DNA from: a bacterium | Lineage (GTDB): Bacteria; Hinthialibacterota; Hinthialibacteria; Hinthialibacterales; Hinthialibacteraceae | Direction of reading: 5' to 3' | Length of the DNA: 64,000 nucleotides | Assembly: GCA_963662285.2 (NCBI GenBank) | Contig: CAXXMV010000008.1 | Location: forward strand, 640,001-704,000 | In this document: positions 30,770 to 41,200 of the stretch, piece after piece | Layout: each line of letters opens with the position of its first letter | Position numbering within the stretch: position 1 is the first letter of the stretch | Position numbers and translations under genes: made by a program | The notes under the pieces: generated by a model | Databases searched by the model: none | What the model saw: the letters and a program-made list of their open reading frames with translations, nothing else | What the model was told of the DNA's origin: nothing

Positions 30770-31681
30770 ATGCAAATGAAATTCAAAACAGGGATTGTAA
30801 TGCTTCTTTCAATATTAACATTCATTTTGTTGGTTCCCGCAGTTGTAATCGCCCAGGATTCCCCCCCTCCTCTACCAGCGATTGGCATTGAAGGATATGG
30901 CGGGCTATTTGGAACCTATACTGCTTATTTAGTAAATTCGGCAAAAGAAGATGCAATATTTGGCATGCCCAGTGTAGCGTATACATACGTAAACTTGGGT
31001 CAAGGAAGGCATATCAATTCGTTCGCCCTTACAGAAACGCTCTGGGACCGTGTTGAATTGGGATACGCATACAACCTAATGGATCTGGGCGACTTGCCTC
31101 AAGCGGCTGGATTCAGTGATGACACCGTTGGATTGCATAATTTTAATACCCGCTTTGCTTTAATCAAAGAAGGGGACTTTGACCTTCCCTGGATGCCGGC
31201 AATCACTGCAGGGATTCATTATAAATATAACGATACTATCGATGACATCAATTCCGATCTAGGCGGCGCATTGCGGGGAATTGGAATCGCTGACAACGAT
31301 GGAGTAGATTTCACACTCTATGGAACCAAATTGATAACCGCTCTGCCTCGACCTGTCTTGATCGATCTTGGCATTCGCGCCACCGAAGCCGCTCATATCG
31401 GTTTATTGGGTTTCACGGATGACTACGAAGTCATGCTGGAAGGAAACCTCTTTGTATTTGCTACAGATAAATTCCTCGTTGGCGGTGAATACCGCATGAA
31501 GCCAAACGAATACAACCGTATACCGGGTCTGATCGAAGCGGAAGACGATTGGTGGACCCTTTGCGTATGCTACATCGTTAATGACAATATGACGATTTCC
31601 GGCGGCTACGGCCATTTCGGAGATGTCCTGAACCACGAGGCAAACGGCGCCTGGGCTCTTCGCGTCAAATGGGAATTCTAA
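30770..31681 (+). CDS. DUF3034-like outer-membrane beta-barrel protein
   Basis: Signal peptide; IEGYGG, RATEAAHIGLLGF, VGGEYRMKPN and EDDWW motifs; C-terminal VKWEF barrel signature. Confidence 0.75.
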   Translation: MQMKFKTGIVMLLSILTFILLVPAVVIAQDSPPPLPAIGIEGYGGLFGTYTAYLVNSAKEDAIFGMPSVAYTYVNLGQGRHINSFALTETLWDRVELGYAYNLMDLGDLPQAAGFSDDTVGLHNFNTRFALIKEGDFDLPWMPAITAGIHYKYNDTIDDINSDLGGALRGIGIADNDGVDFTLYGTKLITALPRPVLIDLGIRATEAAHIGLLGFTDDYEVMLEGNLFVFATDKFLVGGEYRMKPNEYNRIPGLIEAEDDWWTLCVCYIVNDNMTISGGYGHFGDVLNHEANGAWALRVKWEF

Positions 31682-31759
31682 CAATATGCACTCGGTGTAT
31701 ATAAGACGCATACAAAAAATTCATAACGTTCTGACAAATCAGAAGAAAGGAGTACTCGA

Positions 31760-31951
31760 ATGGGTGCTAAATTAAAACAACTTTATGATTTCGCCCAACA
31801 AGCAGGGGGGATCGAAGCTAAAATGCGGCTTGCTGTTATGACCGGTATCTCATCGATGAAAGCCGACTCAGAAGCTGACTCACCCGATAATATCGCCAAA
31901 TTAAAAAAAGCGATCAAAGAAATAACTGGAAAAGACGCTCCAATAAGCTGA
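31760..31951 (+). CDS. 63-aa helical hypothetical protein
   Basis: Strong RBS AAAGGAG and amphipathic helical pattern. Lies between the barrel and V4R genes. Confidence 0.78.
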   Translation: MGAKLKQLYDFAQQAGGIEAKMRLAVMTGISSMKADSEADSPDNIAKLKKAIKEITGKDAPIS

Positions 31952-31976
31952 TCCAACGAAAGAAAGGAGACTATTC

Positions 31977-32513
31977 ATGGCTATTATTAAAAAGACTGAA
32001 ATCGTTCTCGATCATAAATTCGACCCTAGATCCTGTCGTCATACAATCAATGGAGAATTGCATGTTCTTCATTGCCACCATTACGCCACTCTGTATACTC
32101 GGTTAGCTGATGACTGTGGGATGTTGGATGGAAAAAAACTGTTGGTGGATGTAGCAGAGGATTGTTTCTACGAACTGCTAACAAAATACTATGCCGCACA
32201 CAACATCGAATCCATCGATGATCGTTTCTCAATCGCAGAGCAGTACTATGCGGCGGCGGGCTTAGGGCAAATGGAAGTCCTCTGCGCGGGTACTGAGTCC
32301 GGCGAAGTGAAATTGCTGCACTCCCACCTGGATGAAGGCTGGATCAACAAATGGGAGAAACGGGACACGCCGGTCAATTTCATGACCTGCGGCTATATCG
32401 CAGCCATTTTCTCGGCAGCGTTCGACCGTCCCACCCGTACATTCAGCGTACTAGAAAAAGAGAGCATCATCTCTGGCGCGGAACATTCGCTCTTCGATAT
32501 CGTTGCCAAATAA
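31977..32513 (+). CDS. V4R (4-vinyl reductase-like / H-NOX-related fold) protein A
   Basis: RBS AAAGGAG. GLG..EV, P.NFMTCGYIAAIFS and E..S...G...S.F follow the V4R pattern. N-terminal HVLHCHHY motif. Confidence 0.72.
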   Translation: MAIIKKTEIVLDHKFDPRSCRHTINGELHVLHCHHYATLYTRLADDCGMLDGKKLLVDVAEDCFYELLTKYYAAHNIESIDDRFSIAEQYYAAAGLGQMEVLCAGTESGEVKLLHSHLDEGWINKWEKRDTPVNFMTCGYIAAIFSAAFDRPTRTFSVLEKESIISGAEHSLFDIVAK

Positions 32514-32531
32514 CTGAAAGGAGGCCTTATA

Positions 32532-33143
32532 ATGGCTATTGATCGCAAAAAAATCATTCAAAATATGTCTAAAATTGAAATTCTGGGCAATGAAGAAGGG
32601 TTGATTCCCGGCTTCAATGTGTTTGTCACCCAGCTGCCAGCCTCTTTCTGGAATGGCTTTGCGGAGAGGTTAACCCGGCAGGTAGGATCAGAACTATTAG
32701 AATCAGCAGAATGGCTGCTGGTTAACGCCGCCCATGAATGCGGATACCACACAGGCTATGGCATCATCACCTCGGAAGAATGGAAAGCCGTTGTCGCCCC
32801 CATGATTGAAAACGCTCCCGAAGATATTCTTCACGGCGCGTTTGCTGTCTTTACAGCGTGGGGATGGGCCAATAGTGAAATAGTCGAACTAATTCCCAAC
32901 GAGAAAATGGTCGTCCGCGCATATAATTATTACGAATCGGACGTCGTTGGATATGGCAAATCTACAAAACCAAGCGCATACATGATTCGCGGCGTAAGCG
33001 CCGCTTTTATGGATCTCGGTTATGGCGGTGAATACGACAAGACGGGTAAAACCGGCCTGCGTACGTTTTCATGCGAACAAACCAAGGGAATTGAATGCGG
33101 CGACGGTTATGGAGAATTTGTCGTTACCAAAAGCAATCACTAA
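32532..33143 (+). CDS. V4R-fold protein B
   Basis: RBS AAAGGAGG. AWGWA, YYE, PSAYMIRGVSAAF and CEQTKGIECGDGYGEFVV motifs. Confidence 0.72.
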   Translation: MAIDRKKIIQNMSKIEILGNEEGLIPGFNVFVTQLPASFWNGFAERLTRQVGSELLESAEWLLVNAAHECGYHTGYGIITSEEWKAVVAPMIENAPEDILHGAFAVFTAWGWANSEIVELIPNEKMVVRAYNYYESDVVGYGKSTKPSAYMIRGVSAAFMDLGYGGEYDKTGKTGLRTFSCEQTKGIECGDGYGEFVVTKSNH

Positions 33144-33155
33144 GTTATATTCATC

Positions 33156-33193
33156 CTGATAGACCGGCGCCAAACCGGTCTATCAGATCTTTT
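33156..33193 (+). terminator. Intrinsic terminator-like hairpin after the V4R genes
   Basis: CTGATAGACCGG-CGCCAAA-CCGGTCTATCAG forms a perfect 12-bp stem, followed by ATCTTTT. Confidence 0.75.
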
Positions 33194-33419
33194 AGCGCGA
33201 TTCTCAATATAACGCGAGTTAATGCGGTTGTTCTAAATCCCCAAAAGATGGGACCTTTTACAAATCCAGCGTTTTTAATACGCATATAGTTTTGTTAACC
33301 GCTATAATTCGCGTTTGAATACGATATAGTCTTGTTATAAACCAAAGCGTATTTATAGCCGTTCTTGATTAACTGTAACACAAAAAAAATAAATAATAAT
33401 CTGCCTAGGAGTAAACGAC

Positions 33420-34790
33420 ATGAATTGTAAAAATACAAGTTTCTCCATAAAACTACTGACAATATTACTGATTTTTTTATTCCTTCAATGTATGCTTTTC
33501 TGGAACACAAATCGGGGAATGAGACAAATCACTCAACATGATTCGGCTAGCCTGCTGGCGGATTTTGATAAACTGCAATCTGAAATCAACCAATCACTCG
33601 GGAAGCTGAGTGTTGAAAATACACCCCAGGAACAAACAACTACGCCTGGTGACGCCATATCCATTGTACATTCTATTCAGGCATCTATTAGCAATTTTCA
33701 ATCTGCTTTAAGCGGTGTGGTGGATAATACTGAAGTTGCATCGATTGCAAAAAAAACAAACCAATACAATATTTATCTACTGATTTTATCCATTCTTTTC
33801 TTGATAGCAGTTATGATGACTTTTTCGAAACGAATTTCTAAATCGTTATCTTCTCTCAAACTATTCACACAAAAACTTGTCGAAGGTGATTTAGAGCATG
33901 AAAACCAGACCGGGGGAGAAAACGAACTGGGAATGATTTCTTCGGCCATCAATACTCTACGCCTGAAGATATACAACACCATGAACGATATTCAGGAAGC
34001 ATCCGATCAAGTGGCCGCCAGCGCGGGAGAACTGTCATCTTCAGCTCAAAACCTGGCGCAATGCGCAAGCGTCCAAACTTCAAAACTGGGTGAAACAATG
34101 ACGTCAGTTAATGAACTTACATCATCAATCGAACAAAACGCTGATTATGCGCAGAAAACCACTGAAGCCACTATGATAGCGGCTATGGAATCAGAAGAAG
34201 GTGGCAGTTCCGTTCTCGATATCGTAAAAGCCATGAATAACATCGCCGATAAAACATCCATTATTAACGATATTGCCGACCAAACTAATTTACTGGCGCT
34301 TAACGCCGCGATTGAAGCGGCCCGTGCGGGTGAATCGGGGAAAGGTTTTGCCGTTGTTGCTGTCGAAGTTCGTAAACTGGCTGAACGCAGCCAGGAAGCC
34401 GCCAAAGAGATCACTCAATTATCGAATTCCAGCGTACAACAAGCCAAAGCAATCGGCAACTACCTGATCGATAAAGTGGTTCCTGGAATTCAAAAAGCCT
34501 CTGAAATGGTACAGGAAATTTCTGAAACCTGCACGAAACAATCCTCCAACGCCGATCAGGTCAAAGATTTGATTAGTCAACTCGATCAGATTACCCAGCA
34601 AAATTCAGCCACAAGCGAGGAAACCGCTGCTTCCAGCGAAGAACTGGCGGCTCAAGCCAGTAATCTTCAGCAAATTGTTAAATCATTTAAATCTGTCGAT
34701 AGTCAGGAATCTATGAACCAGCCGGAGTCGGATTGGATTAATCCCTCTAACATAAAACATAACATGATTGATTATACAACTCTTACCTGA
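33420..34790 (+). CDS. Methyl-accepting chemotaxis protein (2 TM, small periplasmic domain, HAMP)
   Basis: [40 protein letters not shown] hairpin tip. RBS AGGAG upstream. Confidence 0.95.
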   Translation: MNCKNTSFSIKLLTILLIFLFLQCMLFWNTNRGMRQITQHDSASLLADFDKLQSEINQSLGKLSVENTPQEQTTTPGDAISIVHSIQASISNFQSALSGVVDNTEVASIAKKTNQYNIYLLILSILFLIAVMMTFSKRISKSLSSLKLFTQKLVEGDLEHENQTGGENELGMISSAINTLRLKIYNTMNDIQEASDQVAASAGELSSSAQNLAQCASVQTSKLGETMTSVNELTSSIEQNADYAQKTTEATMIAAMESEEGGSSVLDIVKAMNNIADKTSIINDIADQTNLLALNAAIEAARAGESGKGFAVVAVEVRKLAERSQEAAKEITQLSNSSVQQAKAIGNYLIDKVVPGIQKASEMVQEISETCTKQSSNADQVKDLISQLDQITQQNSATSEETAASSEELAAQASNLQQIVKSFKSVDSQESMNQPESDWINPSNIKHNMIDYTTLT

Positions 34791-34840
34791 TAATTTTGGC
34801 TTGCTTATTTTTGGTGATATTGATTGTGTAACCTTTCTGG

Positions 34841-35005
34841 AAGCAGGTGATATTATTCCACGAAGAGGATGAAGCGACCTATATCGAGTTGATGCCGCAA
34901 TTGCGCGCGATGTGTTCTGTGAGAACCAGGCTGGTGGGAAAATCTGAAGACTGGCCTTAGAGCAGCACCCGCGCGCAATTGGAGCAAACCGACGAACTGT
35001 TAACT
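34841..35005 (+). pseudogene. Decayed, internally deleted REP-associated tyrosine transposase (RAYT-like) fragment
   Basis: One frame reads KQVILFHEEDEATYIELMPQL...VRTRLVGKSEDWP*SSTRAQL. This resembles the RAYT N-terminal F..xEDY..YLELM segment and the C-terminal PVRA.LV..xEDWPWSS segment. The HUH core is missing and a Trp codon has become a stop. Confidence 0.55.
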
Positions 35006-35259
35006 CAATCCTCTATTTTTCTGATTGGTATAATAATACTATTTCTTCAAAATCAATTTCACAACTTGGTTTTATTCTTCGAAATTGGGGGAATTGGACT
35101 GATCAGACATAGTATCCCTCATGAGTGCTTTATATTTAACACCGATTTTCTCGCATCCCTGAACCTTAAGAATTGTACCATAGAAAAATGGGTGTTTTTT
35201 AAGTATAGGAAATATTGCTTCCATCCGTTTTGCTCCCAACTAAAAAACAGGTAAACAGT

Positions 35260-38200
35260 TTAATTAAACAACATCCATTGATTTACTTTCGTCTCCGGCG
35301 CCCAGACAGTTAATATCCCGTCTAAATGGTAAATAGGTATTTCATTCAAACCAATGTCATATGCATTAGAATTCTTAAATTCAATTGGATATTCTCCTTG
35401 CTGTGCATTTTGATCCACTTGGAACGCCAGTTGCATTACGTTGCCATTGCCGGTGAAACCTTCCGCGCGAATCCAGTTAAAGCGAACGAGATCGAGATCC
35501 GATGGATAGTGTAATGGATTGTGAGCATAGAGACCGTCTTGCGTAACGGCTCCCATAGGCAGTTCGATTAATTGTAAAATTCCATCGTCGTAATTGATAT
35601 CAAACTCCAGATTGCCCAGATTCTCCGCGTCCAACAGGTCTACGGACAACACAATCGTTTCTCCGGGTTTGGTTTCTCCGGATTGGATGGAAAGCGATGC
35701 GCCACCCTCTAGTTGATATATCTGATTTCCTTTACCGACAGCAAGAACTTTGGCCGCTGTTTGAGGCAGGAGTTCCGGTCCAGAATCGGGCTGAGTGCTG
35801 TCTCCATCCGAATCGGTTAACCTGATAACGTTCAGGCTTGCGAGGTCAATTATATACAGTTCCATTCCATCATCCCTATCAGAACTGAACAGAATACGGT
35901 TTCCTCTCTCATGCCAAACGGGATCAGTGTTAATAGCCGGAGAATCGGTTAACTGTTTGAGGTTTTGCCCATCTGCATCCATGACGAAAATATCTTCATT
36001 TCCACTGCGGGATGAAACAAACGCGATTTGTTTTCCATCCGGTGACCAGGACGGTTTGGTGTTGATGCCCTCTCCTTGGGTTAAGCGGATTGGATTACTA
36101 CCGTCAACGTCCATGATCCAAATATCCATCGAACCTTCACGGTCTGAAGCGAACGCGATTTTGCTTTGATCCGGGGATGCGGCGGGATAGCGCTCTGTGG
36201 AATCTGTGTTTGTCAGGCGGGTTGCGGATGAGGCTTTCAAGAACGCTTTGAACAACAAAATGTTGTAGCCTTTGATCCATTCAACCTTGTCGAAATGCCA
36301 GGTGCGCTTTTTCGATCCGGTAATGACAAGACCCGGGGCGGGTTTGCTATCCGAGAGGAAATACAACGCGACAACGAAATCGGCGGGGACGGAAACTTCT
36401 TCGATATCAAAATAGTTCCAGCCGATCTCCGTGGGTGTTGCGGCGCCTTCGGCCAGTACGGTTTCGCCGGGTTTGCCGCCATCCCAATTTAGAATTTTCC
36501 AGCCGAACTCAGCAAGCCCTCCCACGATATAAAATCCGAGCCGATTTAATTTTCCCGGAGCCGGGGCGGTGAATTGCTGACCGATTGCTTCATCTTTGGC
36601 GGCGAAATCATAACCATAATCGGGTTCCTGGTCAGAATAGGAGATTTCCCCTCCGCCACTGCCGCTAATCATGGCGGCGGGTTGCGTATATATTTCCGGA
36701 TTTCCATCCCGTTCGGAAATATAAATGACACTGTTTCCTATCCAGTTGGGGTCGTAATCCGGGCTTGGGTTGTCCGTTATTTGCTGAGGATTGGAACCAT
36801 TGTTATTCATCAACCACAGATCGGAATTGCCACTGCGTTCGGAAACAAATAGGACCTGGCTGCCGGTCGATGAAAAGCGGGGGCTGTAATCATCTGCGGC
36901 ATCTTTGGTTAACTGGATATGTTCTGACAAGGTTGGATCTTTCAGATAGATATCCTTGTTTGATTCATTACTGTGTGTATAGACATACGAATCCTGTTCA
37001 CCGGTATCGTCAAGCAGTTCCATCAAGCCGAATTCAGACATATTATGTTCCGGATCGATAGCGATGGCGTTGAGTTTGTATCCCGAGGGGATATCTCCAT
37101 ACACAACAAATTCATTTCCAAGAAGACGGCTGCTTCCTACAAAATACCTCCCCTGGTTTCCTCTATCCGCAAAGACTTGAATGATACTGTCCGCTGGCGC
37201 CATGCAGATACCGCTGATCATTCCTTTTGCAGTATCGATTTTCTTCACGGTGGGCGAAGCGACTTTCTTTGCGTCCTCCGAAATGTTAATTCCAGATTCT
37301 TCGTTCTGATAAATACTGTTATTGGATATCCGGTTACCGAGCGTACTTCCCCCTTCAATACGAATTGCGTGCTTCCCATTTCGGCTTATAACATTGTCTA
37401 CAATTTCGTTTCGATTGGCGCCGTCCCGCAATAGGATTCCGTAAGATCGGTTTGCATTGATCGTGTTTTTCGTGATTTTTGCATTGCGTATATTCTTTTG
37501 CAGAACAATGCCTATTTCGTTTCCATTGGAGGTTTCGTTTGAATCTGTATAATCCCCGATCAAATTGCCTACAATTTCAACTCGAGTATCGGCGCCTTCC
37601 GCGAGAATCCCTTCATCCGTATTGAAGGTAAAATTGTTTCCTTCCCCACGCTCGGGGCTGCCGATAACAACATTTTTTCCACCAGTGACATGAACGGCGG
37701 TCGCGCCTTGTTGACCACTGATGGCATTCGCCGTTATCTGGACGTTATTGGTCTCATAGCCTTGAATCAGAATGGCTGGATAGTCTTCTCCGCAGAAATA
37801 GCCGCCTCGATTGTTCTTTCCAATATAAATATTTTTGGAATTATTCATTTGCACCGCATGAAGTCCATTCCCATAAACGAACAATCCTTCCGCGTGATCG
37901 ATTCCATAGAGCCAGAAATTTGTGCACTCATCCAGAGAGAAACCGTTTAATGCATTTTCAAGCGCCTCGCCGGAATAAAATGTTGTATCCAGCGATCCCT
38001 CTCCAACAAAAAGACCGTTCCCTTGATTTTGGTAGTGACGCATATTGTTCATGATTGTGTTGTATGAGTTGATGATGTGGATGCCGTCACCAGTGTTGTT
38101 CGGTCCGATTTGCATGCTGTTCATAGTTGTATGTTCGCAGGAATCGATAAGAATGCCATGCCCTTGATTGGATTGGGACGTCCCCATCATACCGGACATC

Positions 38201-41200
38201 TCAACGTTGCTGGTATTTTTAAATACCATACCATTACTAAGATTATGTGATGTGATGATCGTATTGAGTTCGAATTGATTTCCCCCTTCAATCATCAAAC
38301 CACAGTCTTTGGATTGAAGGATTTCCAAGTCGTAAATGGAAATATGATTTGAGTTTTCTCCACTGATAACTAGCCCTTTATCATGATAGGCCACGTCGCA
38401 ATCGGTAAATGAAAGTTGGCTGGAATCTTCAATTTGGATTCCATTCCCGAATGTTTCGGTAAACGGTTGCGTATGTACTTGATCGCCGTCACTGGTATAC
38501 CCAACGGAAAGGTATTTGACGGTTAATGATTTTTCCTCTGAAAGCGTCCCTTTAATTCCATTTACTAGAAGACCGCCCAACTCGTTGACTCCCAATACAA
38601 CGTCTTTAATAACCGTTCCAAACGCGCCGTCTTGAACGGCAATTCCCCATCCTTTATTGGGATATGGAGGTCCTTCGTTTATGACATTAATTTGGGAGCC
38701 AATTCGAGTTTTGGTCAATCCCCCGCTCGATAGTATTTCATTATAATCGGTCTTTGCGCCGGAAATGGTAATACCATTCCCCTGGCTTTGGCCGATATAA
38801 ACATCGATAAGTTTGTTTTGATTAGCGCCGTTATCGATGCGAATGCCATCTCCCTTGTTGCCGTAGGATTTATCTTCAAGATATTCACCACCATTATACG
38901 AAGGACCAAAATGACTGTCACGAATTACATTAGAATGAGTATTTTCTCCCTCAATATAAATCGCATGGTTTCCATTATCGTAAAACTCACAATCATCAAC
39001 GATGTTGTTGTTTGCGCCATTGCGAATATGAAGGCCGTATTCTTGATTGCCTAATACATCATAAGCGCCTGTTTCCCAATTTACATATTTACCAAAACTT
39101 GAATATTTCAGCGTATTAGAATGAGTATTTTCTCCTTCTAAAATCATCCCGGTGACATTCCCGAAGAGGATAGTCATAAAAATATTACCGACGCAATAGT
39201 CATCAACATAAATACCCGCTTCATTGGCGGTATATGCTCCCCGCATTTCATTTAGTTCAGAATTGCGCAGCATCAAGCCATATTTGCACTCTGATATAGC
39301 GCCTACTGTATTAATTGAATTTCCAATACTGGAAATTAGTTCAATACCCGTATCACAGTTCGCTGCTTCGCACAAGAGTTCGTTATTTTGGGTTGATTCA
39401 AGAATAACGCCAGTTTGTGTAATCGAACCCGAATCAACAATTCTAAGGTCTAGGACATTCCCATGTCCTTCAACAACGTTCATTCCATAGTCTGGACAAT
39501 TGTCGATATGTATGTACAGAGTATTCTCCTGGCTATTTTCCAATCGAACACCGTAAGTTTGAGAATCTGAAATCAATGCCCTTACTGTATTTCCCCCGCC
39601 GCCTCTGATTAATAATCCTCCATTAGCAGGATTTTCAATGGTAATATTTTCAAATAAATTACCGAGACTGTTTTCAATGAGGATTGGTTCGTTTAAGTTA
39701 TTAAATGTACCCGCTTTTATAATGACGTTATTTTTGTCGAGTGTTATTTGAGAGGACGAGGTCACGTTTTCAAACGTATACGTGCAATTATCCTCAAATG
39801 TAATGGAGTTCATGGATAAATCGGCGCCCTTCATATCCAAAACGTCGCCCTGGCCAATATGAAGATTCCCAATCTGAAACGTTCCTTTTTCATCAGAGTT
39901 GGGAGAAATTAATTCAAAATTATCTTCCCCGTTATAGGCGTCTCGATCAAAATATTCTCCTGTCACAAAAACATAATCCGCTTTTTCCGGTAAATCACTG
40001 GCACTCGATGGATTTTCTTCACCCAGTTCCGGACCATCAAGACTTTCAGTAAATTGAAAAGATAATGAATCGTCAACATTTTTTGTATAACAATACCGAA
40101 CTTCTTTCTCGTGCGGATATTTATTGGGAGGTAATTTTTTTGAACTGATTATTCTATAACCTAGCGGACTATCATTATATTCAATTATGGATTCTAGGTT
40201 ATCATCATCGATGGGAATCAAATTTAGTTCTCCACGAGAAAACTGGGCCGCTTCGCTTAACGAAACCTGATAGGATTCAGGATTTGGAAAAATATAAACC
40301 GTCACCGTCGCCGCATTTGTTTGTGGGGGAGTAAACTCAATCCCAGGGCCACGTTTGATTGGCCATTCCCCGGACGGGCCGGAGGGATTCCATATCACAA
40401 GCGTCAAAACTTCGCTTTCATCACCCACCGGCATACCAAACCGGATTCCGGTTTCGCTAATCCGTTCGGAATCTATAAATACATCATCTAAAAGGCATAT
40501 AGCTTCTTGAAAGTTCTTCCCTTTGATCGTTACATATTCACCGCTTTTTGCCTCCGTCTGGTTATCCGCATCAATAACCGGCTTAGCAATAACGGTAAAC
40601 GGAATGGGTTCCGTTGTTTTCCATTCGTTTTCAATGGATAACTCTCCGGGATTTTTTAGATATAATTCCGTCTCTCCAGGTTTTAATCCTGGGGGAACCC
40701 GAACGATGAGTTTTGAATCGCTACGTTCAATTATTGTTCCCAAAGATTCACCGTCTCCATCTTTGAAATATACATACTCGTCAGACGCATCCAGCAAGAG
40801 ATTGATCCCCTCAATCGTCACCAAGGTTCCTTCAAAATCGGGAAATACTTCGTTATCCACTTTGGAGAAAACGTGATCTGGCAACGCGCTCCAAATTTTG
40901 GGGGTCGGCAAATAGGTGAAATCGCCTGAATAACTCCTATAATTTCTGTTCACATCGCCTGAATCGCCCGAACTGGCAGGCGTTCGCACGACGAATTTAT
41001 ACTTTGCCGTCGGATCGAGTCCCGAAGGAATCTTGACCTTTAACTGCTTCTCGGTTGCTTCAACAATCTCCAGTTTCGTCGCCAAATCCAAATCATGCTT
41101 GAAATCGACGTACCCCTTAGTTGATATATAGACGTTTGTCTCCGTGGTATGGAAGCGCTTACCTGTAATGGTGACGATGCTGTCCTGATAGGCCGATTCG

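Noticed and set aside
33338-33365. Possible sigma28 promoter (TAAA...GCCG) upstream of the MCP
   Set aside because: The spacer is 16 nt and the -10 (GCCGTTCT) is a poor match, so it is too weak to call.
34979-35254. 91-aa ORF between the MCP and the giant gene
   Set aside because: It begins in the tail of the transposase relic and continues into AT-rich sequence, with no RBS or recognisable domain.
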